A stretch of DNA of 13,350 nucleotides from an uncultured Oligoflexus sp. (lineage in GTDB: Bacteria; Bdellovibrionota_B; Oligoflexia; Oligoflexales; Oligoflexaceae): NCBI GenBank assembly GCA_964236955.1, contig CAXSGP010000018.1, forward strand, positions 1-13,350. The letters are read 5' to 3'. Positions 1 to 8,314 of the stretch are shown here, piece by piece. Numbering within the stretch: the first letter of the stretch is position 1; each line of letters starts with the position of its first letter. A program made the position numbers and the translations under genes. The notes under the pieces were generated by a model. It ran no database searches. It had not been told where the DNA came from and saw nothing but the letters and a program-made list of their open reading frames with translations.

Positions 1-490
1 TGTGGGGATGAAACACCCGCCAAAGCACCTGTTCTTAAAGATTTATGCCCAACGTAGTCGGTCATTCAAGATTGTTTGAAATAAGCTGCAAAAATCTCAT
101 TCAGCTAATAAAAAATTGTACATTTCACCTAATTGACGTAAATAAAAAATCGCTTTCATTTCCACTTTGATTTCTCAATGTATAAGCGATTAGCCAAGTA
201 GTCATAGTTGAATGACAGGAAGCAGCTTACAATCGGAATATTTAGGGCCTTTGCTTCGCACTTTTCGCGGCGAGCAATTTTTGGGCCAAACTTAATTAGC
301 ATGAATTATAGGCCTAAATCAACGGCATTATGCAATCCGGGCAACCGCTCCTGGCTTATAAGGACACGTTGCGCCTGACCCTTTACCGTAGAGTTGGCCT
401 CCGGTGAGAAAAAATGTTGTCTTTGACTTTTGCTGAACTCAACTGTTGCGACTGACGCTATTAAAGTGAAGCTCATAACAATCATCCCTT

Positions 491-497
491 TAGGAGG
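491..497 (+). promoter_or_regulatory. Shine-Dalgarno for the sensor kinase
   Basis: TAGGAGG 4 nt upstream of in-frame GTG 502. Residues upstream of this point in ORF 430 show no recognisable domain. Confidence 0.65.
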
Positions 498-501
498 CCT
501 T

Positions 502-3500
502 GTGCTCGAGGCGATCGCTGAATATTTTTCGTCACAATCATTCATGCCACACGGCCATTGTTACCTTTGGCGGCCGGATATCCTCTGGATGAATGTCGCG
601 GCCGACGCGATAATCGCCCTTTCTTATATGTCGATCCCCCTGTCCCTTATAGTCTTTGTACGACGCCGTAGCGACCTGCGATTCAACTGGCTTTTCTGGT
701 TGTTTGCAGCGTTCATCTTATTATGCGGCTTTACTCATATCGTAGAAATTTGGACGACCTGGCATCCGAACTACGGCTTTCAGGGTCTCCTGAAAATGGC
801 GACCGGTCTTGTCTCTTTAGGCACAGCCGCAGCCATGTGGCCCCTTCTGCCTTTGGCACTCCGCGTCCCATCGTTTGCTGCCCACAACGATCTTACTCTA
901 AAACTCAAGCTTGAGGTGGCGGCGAGGACAGAAGAGGCTCTGCTGCTACGAGCGATGATTGAAGCCCAGCGGGAGGTGAACGAGGCCGGACTCGACATTG
1001 AACGGTGTATTCATCTCCTTCTATCGCAGCTTAAGACTCTACTGGCTGTCGATGGCGTTGCCTATGCCGTCGTCGATGGCGATCGGGTCCGATACACGGC
1101 TGTCTCTGGAAGCCTTGCTAACTATAACGGTCATAGCTTTGAACTTCGAGGGAGCCTGGCAGGTTATTGCGCTGTGACGGACAGTATAGTTTCCTGTGAA
1201 GACACTGAAACTGACGATCGGGTTGACCTCGAAGCCTGCAGGCGCATGGCGATTCGCGCCATGATTCTTGCCCCAATTAGGCGAAACGGTGAGGTCGTGG
1301 GCGTGGTGAAGGCCGTTATGAGCCAGCCTCGCGCCTTCGAAGAAAAGGAACGGCGTGTTCTTGATTTCGTCGCCGGTCTCAATGAAAGCGCCCTGGCACG
1401 TGCCTATGCGTTCCAGGCTGGTGAAGATTCTCAGAAAAAGGCTGTCGCCGAACTTGCAATTAAAGAAGCCCAGTTTCAACAACTTGCAAACTCACTTTCA
1501 CAGCTCTGCTGGATGGCGCACGGTGATGGTTATATCTTTTGGTATAACGAACGCTGGTACGACTTTACTGGAACCAACCTCGCTGAGATGGAAGGCTCGG
1601 GATGGCAGAAGGTCCATCACCCTGATCATATCGATCGCATCGTAGACCTCAGCAAGGAGCTGTGGGCCAGGGGCGAAGCTTTCAAACTGACTTTCCCCCT
1701 GCGCAGCCGGACCGGTGAATACCGATGGTTTCTTACCAAAGCTGAACCGCTTAAGGACGAATCCGGTAAGGTGGTGCGATGGTTTGGGACAAATACTGAC
1801 ATAACCTCCGAGCGCGAGTCGCTGGCAGAGAAGGAAAAATTCCTGCGTGAAATCGATTTCGAAAGGCAGCGGTTTGAGATCGTGATGAAGCAAATGCCGG
1901 CGGCAATCGTCGTAGCGGAAGCTCCCAGTGGCAAGCTTATTTTCGCAAACGAAAAATTTCGAGATGTTTGGCGAATCGAATTCAATCCGGTGGAAGATAT
2001 CGAAGGCTACCGTTCCTATCAGGCCTTCCATGCCGATGGGCGAGCCTACGAGCCGATGGATTGGCCTCTTGCCCGTTCGATTGCCAATGGGGAAATCGTC
2101 ACCGATGAGATGAGCGAGGTCTTGCTCGGTAACGGTATGCGCGGAACCTTACGGTTCAATTCAGCGCCAGTCAGGGATCGTGACGGAACGATTGTCGCCG
2201 GGGTTGTCATTTCCCAGGACGTCACCGAACAGATCAATATGGAGAGAACTCTGGCGAAGCGCTCCGAAGATCTCGAGCGGGAGATTGAACAGCGCCGCAG
2301 GGCCGAGTTTGCTCTACAAGAAAACCAGGCTCGTCTTGAGCTCGCCCTTAATAGCGCGAACATGGGAACCTGGGAGCTTGACTTGAAAACCGGCTTAGCG
2401 CGGCTTAGCACGGAGGCTGCGAGGATTATAGGTACCGAGTCATCAGAACAGAGCGTCGATCAGTTGCTGGCTGAAATCGTGCATCCCGACGATGCCCAGG
2501 AGGTCGATAGGCTCTGGCGATCCTCGGTGGAATCAGGTAGGCCTTATAGCCAAGAATTTCGAATCGTGCGAGCATCGGGGGACACGCGTTGGTTGCTGTC
2601 GCGTGGAAAGTTCCATGAGGCGCGCAACGGTCGCAAACTGTTTTCAGGGATCGTCGCCGATGTCACCGAGCGAAAACTATCGGAAGACGCATTACATATA
2701 AGCGAGGCGCGCTTTCGGAACGCTGTCAAAGCTACTAATGATGCAATCTGGGATTGGGACCTTGTCACCAATGAGGTGGCGTGGAATGATGCTTTGTATA
2801 GTGCTTTTGGCTTTGACGAAGGCACCGTTGGCACGAGCGCACAATGGTGGCTGGATCGCATTCATCCGGACGACCGGTTGCGAGTGGAACACAGCCTCCA
2901 TGCGGCGATAGAGGGAGGGGCGGCCCACTGGAGCGATCGATACCGCTTTTTACGTGCTGATGGCGGGTATGCACCCGTACTTGACCGCGGCTATATCGTT
3001 CGCAGTGAAAAGGGTAATTCGCAGCGCATGATTGGTGCGATGCAGGACCTAACGGCACTGGCGGCACTCAACGATCGCATCGAAGAGAATCAAAGACGTT
3101 TCGAACGCGTCCTCCAGTCGGTCGATGTAGGCCTTTGGTATTGCGACCTTCCTTTCGCCGAGTTGATCTGGGACGCGCGGGTTAAGGCACACTTCTGGCT
3201 GCCCGAGGATGCCACGGTAACTATCGAGACTTTTTACGATCGAATTCATAGCGAGGACAGGCTACGCACGAAAGAGGCGATCGATCGATCCATTGAGAAT
3301 CGATCAAACTATGATATCGAGTATAGGACATGCAATCCCGATGAGATCGGCATCAAATGGATTAGAGCGATTGGCTCCACAAGTTATGATGCAGAGGGAG
3401 GACCGATACGGTTTGATGGATTGACTCTCGACATTACCGCAGAAAAAGAGTCTGAACGGGCGCTTGTCGATAAGCAAAGGCATCTATCGCTCGCATTGGC

Positions 3501-4986
3501 TGCCGGTAGACTGGGGAGTTGGGACATTGACCTTAAGACGGGTCGGGGCCAAATCTCAGGGAGTTTGGGTGCTATTCTGGGCGTTTCGTCCCATGAGCTC
3601 GAAGGGGTGGCCACTTTCTTCTTCGACTTCACCCACGTTGATGACCGCGAACAATCACAGTTGAAGTTTGATGAGGCGCTAAACCGTGGAGCTGATGGGA
3701 TCGACCTCGAATATCGCATTGTGACCCGTAAGGGCGAGATCAGGTGGCTTTCTTCCCATATGCTCATTCTGAAGGACGAAAACCAGACGGCCAACCGAAT
3801 CTTCGGAGTGTCGATTGATATCACGGAGCGGAAAAGCTACGAACTCACCCTGGCGGCAAGCGAAGAGCGGTTTCGCGGCCTCGCATCGGCCGTTCCCCAG
3901 ATCGTCTGGACCATGACTCCCGGGGGACAAACTGAGTACTTCAACGATCGCTGGTTTGTGTACACGGGCCATGCCCGCGATGAAGTCGAGCGACCGGGGA
4001 ATGCTATTCATCCCGACGACATCGCCCGAATACTGGCCGACTCGGCGTCTACTCTTCTCGAAAAGCGGACCTGGGTTTCTGAGTATAGGCTGCGAAGACA
4101 TGACGGTGAGTACAGGTGGCATCTAGCGCGTCGGGTCCCTATTAGAAATCTCGAAGGTGAGATCATCAGATGGGTTGGCAGCGCAACCGATATCCACGAT
4201 CAGAAGCGCTTCGCTGAGCTTCTCGAGCTGCAGGTAAAGGAACGGACCGCAGCCCTTACCGCTGCGAACAAGGAGCTGGAGGCCTTTAGCTATTCCGTTT
4301 CACACGATCTGCGCGCACCGCTTCGGGGTATCGATGGTTTTTCTCGCATGCTGGAGACCCGTTACGGCCATCTCCTTCCCCAACAAGGACTTGAGTTTAT
4401 TCAGAGAACGCGCGCCGCCGCATCGCGTATGGGGGTGCTAATCGACGACATGTTGCAGCTTTCGCGCCTGACGCGTCGGGAGATGCGGGTCGACAGAATA
4501 AATTTGTCGGTTATGGTCGAAGAAATCGCCTTTGAACTTCGAACGAAAGATCACCATCGCAGTGCCGATTTCGATATTGAACAAGGCGTTGTGGCGATTG
4601 CGGATCCGTCATTGATTCGAGCAGCGCTTGAAAATCTAATCGGTAACGCATGGAAATTTACCGGCAATAGGTCGAAAACTATCATTCGCTTCGGAATCCA
4701 AATTATAGAAAATGAAGGCGTGTATTTTATTTCAGATAATGGCGCTGGATTCGATATGGCATACTCAAAAAAACTCTTTGGAGCGTTTGCTCGCCTGCAC
4801 GGCGATGACGAGTTCGAAGGTACTGGTATCGGTCTTGCGAGCGTACAGCGCGTTATTAACCGGCATGGAGGTCGCGTTTGGGCGGAAGGTACCGTCGATC
4901 AAGGCGCGACTTTCTATTTCACGCTGGCCAGAGCGTCTTTCGAAGTCATTGAAAAGGAGAGTGCGAGCGATGTGCAGCGCGGTTGA
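502..4986 (+). CDS. Membrane sensor histidine kinase, ethylene-receptor-like: EBD (3 TM) - GAF - 7x PAS/PAC - HisKA - HATPase (Cph1/BphP-type kinase core)
   Basis: Long ORF 430-4986. The start is reassigned to in-frame GTG 502, preceded by AGGAGG (492-497). Three hydrophobic helices carry D..IA..Y.SIP and FILLCGFTH motifs. GAF at ~960-1410. Seven PAS/PAC units end in D(I/V/L)T-type motifs (~1471-4200). H-box FSYSVSHDLRAPL (His codon 4303-4305), N-box ENLIGNAWKF, G1 DNGAGFD, G2 GTGIGLA. Confidence 0.93.
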   Translation: MLEAIAEYFSSQSFMPHGHCYLWRPDILWMNVAADAIIALSYMSIPLSLIVFVRRRSDLRFNWLFWLFAAFILLCGFTHIVEIWTTWHPNYGFQGLLKMATGLVSLGTAAAMWPLLPLALRVPSFAAHNDLTLKLKLEVAARTEEALLLRAMIEAQREVNEAGLDIERCIHLLLSQLKTLLAVDGVAYAVVDGDRVRYTAVSGSLANYNGHSFELRGSLAGYCAVTDSIVSCEDTETDDRVDLEACRRMAIRAMILAPIRRNGEVVGVVKAVMSQPRAFEEKERRVLDFVAGLNESALARAYAFQAGEDSQKKAVAELAIKEAQFQQLANSLSQLCWMAHGDGYIFWYNERWYDFTGTNLAEMEGSGWQKVHHPDHIDRIVDLSKELWARGEAFKLTFPLRSRTGEYRWFLTKAEPLKDESGKVVRWFGTNTDITSERESLAEKEKFLREIDFERQRFEIVMKQMPAAIVVAEAPSGKLIFANEKFRDVWRIEFNPVEDIEGYRSYQAFHADGRAYEPMDWPLARSIANGEIVTDEMSEVLLGNGMRGTLRFNSAPVRDRDGTIVAGVVISQDVTEQINMERTLAKRSEDLEREIEQRRRAEFALQENQARLELALNSANMGTWELDLKTGLARLSTEAARIIGTESSEQSVDQLLAEIVHPDDAQEVDRLWRSSVESGRPYSQEFRIVRASGDTRWLLSRGKFHEARNGRKLFSGIVADVTERKLSEDALHISEARFRNAVKATNDAIWDWDLVTNEVAWNDALYSAFGFDEGTVGTSAQWWLDRIHPDDRLRVEHSLHAAIEGGAAHWSDRYRFLRADGGYAPVLDRGYIVRSEKGNSQRMIGAMQDLTALAALNDRIEENQRRFERVLQSVDVGLWYCDLPFAELIWDARVKAHFWLPEDATVTIETFYDRIHSEDRLRTKEAIDRSIENRSNYDIEYRTCNPDEIGIKWIRAIGSTSYDAEGGPIRFDGLTLDITAEKESERALVDKQRHLSLALAAGRLGSWDIDLKTGRGQISGSLGAILGVSSHELEGVATFFFDFTHVDDREQSQLKFDEALNRGADGIDLEYRIVTRKGEIRWLSSHMLILKDENQTANRIFGVSIDITERKSYELTLAASEERFRGLASAVPQIVWTMTPGGQTEYFNDRWFVYTGHARDEVERPGNAIHPDDIARILADSASTLLEKRTWVSEYRLRRHDGEYRWHLARRVPIRNLEGEIIRWVGSATDIHDQKRFAELLELQVKERTAALTAANKELEAFSYSVSHDLRAPLRGIDGFSRMLETRYGHLLPQQGLEFIQRTRAAASRMGVLIDDMLQLSRLTRREMRVDRINLSVMVEEIAFELRTKDHHRSADFDIEQGVVAIADPSLIRAALENLIGNAWKFTGNRSKTIIRFGIQIIENEGVYFISDNGAGFDMAYSKKLFGAFARLHGDDEFEGTGIGLASVQRVINRHGGRVWAEGTVDQGATFYFTLARASFEVIEKESASDVQRG
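544..873 (+). other. ETR1-type ethylene-binding transmembrane domain within the sensor kinase
   Basis: In ORF-430 numbering, D59, Y66, I69, P70, I96, C99 and H103 map with a constant offset of 34 onto Arabidopsis ETR1 D25, Y32, I35, P36, I62, C65 and H69. Helix 3 LKMATGLVSLGTA resembles ETR1 AKVLTAVVSCATA. The domain is preceded by MPHGHCYLW. Confidence 0.88.
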
Positions 4987-5449
4987 TAAAGTGATCCTCT
5001 TGGTTGAGGACAACAAAGACGATGCCGACCTAACTGTGATGGCCCTTCGCGAAGAAGGCCGGCTTATTAATCCTATTGTTGTGGTCAAAGACGGAGCTGA
5101 GGCTATCGACTATCTTTTTCATACCGGGAAATATGTGGGACGAGCCGGAGGAGCACCGCAGGTCGTGCTACTTGACCTCAATCTTCCTAAATTAAATGGC
5201 CACGAGGTACTCAAACGCGTTCGGGCAGACCCTTCAACAAGACGGCTGCCAGTTGTGATCCTTACCACATCGAACGAGGAGGAAGATATTTGCCGCAGCT
5301 ATGACCTCGGCGCCAATAGCTATATTAGAAAGCCCGTTGAGTTCGAGCGCTTCACAGAGGCTGTGCGTAATCTCGCCAGTTACTGGCTGCTTCTCAATGA
5401 AGGTGCAAACGTGGGGGAAAGCCATGCCGGCCAATCGACCAAGAATTAA
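4970..5449 (+). CDS. Single-domain response regulator, Rcp1/phytochrome-associated type
   Basis: ATG 4970 with AGGAG at 4955-4959. Motifs ILLVEDNKDD, VVLLDLNLPKLNG (phosphoacceptor Asp), ILTTS and GANSYIRKP, plus the C-terminal YWL aromatic motif typical of Rcp1-like regulators. Overlaps the kinase 3' end by 17 nt. The ORF-track start 4712 lies inside the HATPase. Confidence 0.92.
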   Translation: MCSAVDKVILLVEDNKDDADLTVMALREEGRLINPIVVVKDGAEAIDYLFHTGKYVGRAGGAPQVVLLDLNLPKLNGHEVLKRVRADPSTRRLPVVILTTSNEEEDICRSYDLGANSYIRKPVEFERFTEAVRNLASYWLLLNEGANVGESHAGQSTKN

Positions 5450-7433
5450 TGCTCTCATCGTCGAAGACAGCGAACAGGATGCGCTGCTCATGGTGTACGA
5501 ACTTGAGGTTACGGGCCGTCTCATTAGCTATGAGCGAATCGATAGCGAAGGCGATTTAGTGAATGCTCTTAAAAAGGGCGGCTGGGATATCGTCCTCTCA
5601 GACTATTCTTTGCCACGGCTCAATGCGCATAAGGTTCTCGATCTGGTCAAAATTCATGCCCAGCACCTTCCCGTTGTCGTCGTCTCAGGAGTTGTCGGCG
5701 AGGAAACTGCCGTCGAACTCATCAAGACCGGGGCTGGCGATTTTGTTTTAAAGGATCGACTGACACGACTTTCATCCGTCGTTGAACGCCAGCTGACCGA
5801 GGCCGAGCTTCGCGATGAACGCGAGGCGGTAGCCAACGCGTTGGCCGAAGCGCAAAACCTGACCGAACTTCTCTTCGCAAGCGTAAGTGAGGTCGCGATA
5901 ATCATCAGCAACAAGGATAGGACAATACTCAAATGGAGTCGCGGTGCCGAGAATGTTTTCGGCTATAGTGCCGAAGAGGCCACGGGTCAAAGCGTTGACA
6001 TTATTTTTCTAGAGGAAGATCGTGCGACCGGGCAGCCTGAGAGGGAAGCTGCGACTGCGGCAAGAGAAGGGAAGGTGGAAGATGTGCGGTGGCATGTATG
6101 TAAAAGCGGTGAGCGCATCTACTGCGACGGGGTTGCCACACCTCTTTACAAGAAAGACGGCAGCCTGATGGGGTTCGCGAAGATAGCCCGTGATATCACG
6201 GAAAAAAAGCGCTTCCAGGATGAGCGTGAGGAGATGCTGCGCGAGGCGATGCGAACGAGCCGCATGAAGGATGAATTTTTATCGACACTCAGCCATGAGC
6301 TGCGCACTCCTCTGAATGCTATCCTTGGGAATGCAGAGCTGCTGCACAGTGAGGATCCTGCCAGTGAATATTTTTATGTCAGCCTCGAGACCATAAGTCG
6401 TAATGCGAGGGTGCAAGCTCAGCTTATAGACGATTTGTTAGACATTTCCCGCATTATTACCGGTAAAATGGTGCTGGAGAGCGAGCCTGTTGAACTTAGG
6501 AATGTCATCGATGCCGCGATTGAGTCCGTGGCGCTAAGCGCGAAGTCAAAGTGTTTAGTGATTCGGTGTGAGATCGAACCGGACGTTCCCAACGTATTGG
6601 GCGACTCCATGCGCCTGCTGCAGGCGATGTGGAACCTTTTGACGAATGCGATCAAATTTACTCCCAAAGGTGGATCTGTCACCGTCAAGCTCAAAAAAAA
6701 CCGTTCCCGGGTCGAACTTCACGTCGTCGATAGTGGCCGCGGTATTGCGAAAGAATTCTTGCCGCACGTTTTCGAACGTTTTCGCCAGGAGGAGGGTGCT
6801 TTCAACCGTAGATACGGCGGCCTAGGCCTTGGCCTTGCAATTGTTCAGCACGTTGTCGAGGCTCACGGCGGCACGATTCAGGTCGCGAGCGCCGGGATTG
6901 ACCAGGGCGCGTCCTTCACCATCAGTCTGCTGCCAATTCCGATCACAAATGAGGCCTGGGAACACGGCGAAAAAGAAATTGGCCGCAGGCTGACGCCCGT
7001 TCCTGCCCCGACTGCAGATGAGTTACGGAGTCACGGAAGGATCAAAGACAAGAAGATCCTGGTTATCGACGATCATGCCGATGCGCGAGACCTCGTTGCA
7101 CGAATCCTAAAGAAAGTCGGCGCCGAAGTCCATGCCGTCGCATCGGGCAATGACGCCTTGCGTCTCCTTCGTAATATGCTTCCCGATCTCGTCCTTTGTG
7201 ATATCGGTATGCCTGTAGAAGATGGTTACACAGTGATTCGTAAGATCAGGACAGCATACGACCCAGACCACAAAATCCCGGCGATCGCACTGACGGCTTT
7301 TGCTCGTCCGGAAGACGCCAAACTTGCCCTTGAATCGGGGTTCAATGTCCATTTGGCAAAACCTGTGAAACCCGTCAACCTTTTAAAAGTTGTGGCTGAT
7401 TTGCTTGAAAAGTTTGATCGATCGGCGGAATAA
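5424..7433 (+). CDS. Hybrid histidine kinase/response regulator: REC - PAS - HisKA - HATPase - REC
   Basis: ATG 5424 (MPANRPRINALIVEDS) after GGGGG 5413-5417. REC1 DIVLSDYSLP, a PAS ending AKIARDITE, H-box LSHELRTPLNAILG, N-box NLLTNAIKFT, G-boxes DSGRGI and GGLGLGLAIV, REC2 DLVLCDIGMP...HLAKP. Overlaps the RR by 26 nt. No TM segment seen. Confidence 0.93.
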   Translation: MPANRPRINALIVEDSEQDALLMVYELEVTGRLISYERIDSEGDLVNALKKGGWDIVLSDYSLPRLNAHKVLDLVKIHAQHLPVVVVSGVVGEETAVELIKTGAGDFVLKDRLTRLSSVVERQLTEAELRDEREAVANALAEAQNLTELLFASVSEVAIIISNKDRTILKWSRGAENVFGYSAEEATGQSVDIIFLEEDRATGQPEREAATAAREGKVEDVRWHVCKSGERIYCDGVATPLYKKDGSLMGFAKIARDITEKKRFQDEREEMLREAMRTSRMKDEFLSTLSHELRTPLNAILGNAELLHSEDPASEYFYVSLETISRNARVQAQLIDDLLDISRIITGKMVLESEPVELRNVIDAAIESVALSAKSKCLVIRCEIEPDVPNVLGDSMRLLQAMWNLLTNAIKFTPKGGSVTVKLKKNRSRVELHVVDSGRGIAKEFLPHVFERFRQEEGAFNRRYGGLGLGLAIVQHVVEAHGGTIQVASAGIDQGASFTISLLPIPITNEAWEHGEKEIGRRLTPVPAPTADELRSHGRIKDKKILVIDDHADARDLVARILKKVGAEVHAVASGNDALRLLRNMLPDLVLCDIGMPVEDGYTVIRKIRTAYDPDHKIPAIALTAFARPEDAKLALESGFNVHLAKPVKPVNLLKVVADLLEKFDRSAE

Positions 7434-7812
7434 TTTGGGGGGTAAGCATCGATGCCGGTTTCCCTTTCTTCGGTCCCTTTATTTTCAAAAAAGGCTCGAT
7501 GCCAGAGCCAGTCTTCGTCTGGAGAAAGGCAGGTCTCGATTCGCGGCTACGGAACGTGGTGCTTATCCTGCGGTAGTTTTGTTGCAGGGTGCATTACGCC
7601 CATGGCTAATCTTTCAAGCGAGTCGAGCGTTTCGGTATTCGCTTACTTTGCAAATCCTTAATGGGGCTGAGGTGGGTAGCCTGTGTTCAAAGCGCCGGTT
7701 TTACGTGCCGCTCCGCCGTGGCTGGGCCGATTTTGAAGGTCTGCAAGTGCTCCATGATTTTATTGGTCGCGGTCTTAGGCACAAGGTTTTTAATGGCTTC
7801 CTGTGCGGCGTG

Positions 7813-8014
7813 TCAGCCGGCATCCGCTTCGGCCTTAAAATCGATTCCGTCGGTAGTCCTGCCATCCGCAGTGAAATCGATTGTTGCGCGAGCAAGGACA
7901 TCTTTGGTTGATGGAAATATGTAGAGATCGTTTACAGATTTACCTTTGCCGCTACTCATAATTACGAAAAATATAAAAAATTATTGTGATAAATTTCTTG
8001 GATTCCCATTTCAT
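7813..8014 (-). pseudogene. Frameshifted, truncated paralogue of the 9746-12175 lipoprotein N-terminus
   Basis: Minus strand: GGAG (8025-8022), ATG 8014, MKWESKKFITIIF, then a 1-nt shift in the T6/T5 runs (plus-strand A runs 7975-7980 and 7967-7971). It resumes MSSGKGKSVNDLYIFPSTKDVLARATIDFTADGRTTDGIDFKAEADAG*. 7941-7840 matches lipoprotein 9821-9922 at 24/34 aa and 75/102 nt (hand count). Confidence 0.8.
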
Positions 8015-8163
8015 AGAACGTCTCCATCGCGTGGATATACGAGTGAGAAAATTTAGCAAATTTTATTTTAGAATTGTCAACTCATTAAGGCATTGATTAT
8101 TGGAAATGTTAAATAAAAATTTATATGACGTAAAAATCGCGATACTTATTTAAGGAGGTAACG

Positions 8164-8283
8164 GTGCTCTCTCTAAACACAAATTTTTTGGGTGCGGTGT
8201 TTGAATCGAGGAGCTTGACTTTAAAAGGCCACTTATTCCCTCGAAGAATATTGCATCATGATGATATCATGACGGCATTCTAA
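8164..8283 (+). CDS. Possible 39-aa small ORF upstream of the OmpA-family gene
   Basis: Perfect TAAGGAGGT (8151-8159), 4-nt spacer, GTG, open to TAA 8281-8283: MLSLNTNFLGAVFESRSLTLKGHLFPRRILHHDDIMTAF. No recognisable homology. Confidence 0.25.
   Translation: MLSLNTNFLGAVFESRSLTLKGHLFPRRILHHDDIMTAF
8256..8272. promoter_or_regulatory. Operator-like inverted repeat TCATGAT-N3-ATCATGA
   Basis: Perfect 7-3-7 dyad ~43 nt upstream of ATG 8315. It overlaps the 10-bp palindromes CATCATGATG (8254-8263) and ATGATATCAT (8261-8270). Confidence 0.35.
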
Positions 8284-8314
8284 TTCTTTCTGCATTTTTA
8301 GTTTGGGAGCTGTT

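Noticed and set aside
1..65. Edge of a neighbouring gene (plus frame ending TAG 55-57, or minus frame starting ATG 65)
   Set aside because: About 20 codons with no motif, so it cannot be decided without flanking sequence.
240..319. Structured leader, riboswitch or attenuator (TTGCTTCGC 251-259 / GCGAGCAA 270-277 + T5; outer 240-250 / 310-319 pairing)
   Set aside because: The stems are bulged and short, and no known riboswitch consensus was recognised. An Infernal/Rfam scan would be needed.
430..501. ORF-track start at 430 (likewise 4712, 5301 and 8303 for the later genes)
   Set aside because: SD-supported downstream starts (502, 4970, 5424, 8315) fit the domain boundaries and avoid long overlaps.
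960..1410. Phytochrome or cyanobacteriochrome photosensor
   Set aside because: Despite the Cph1-type kinase and Rcp1-like RR, the GAF lacks bilin-binding motifs and there is no PHY domain.
723..7352. Numerous short alternative-frame and antisense ORFs inside the large genes
   Set aside because: Shadow ORFs fully overlapping well-supported CDSs, with no independent motifs.
7390..7924. Plus-strand ORFs 7390-7911, 7452-7661 and 7661-7924, and minus-strand 7701-7901
   Set aside because: No recognisable motifs and atypical composition. The real coding signal is in a different minus-strand frame (the relic paralogue).
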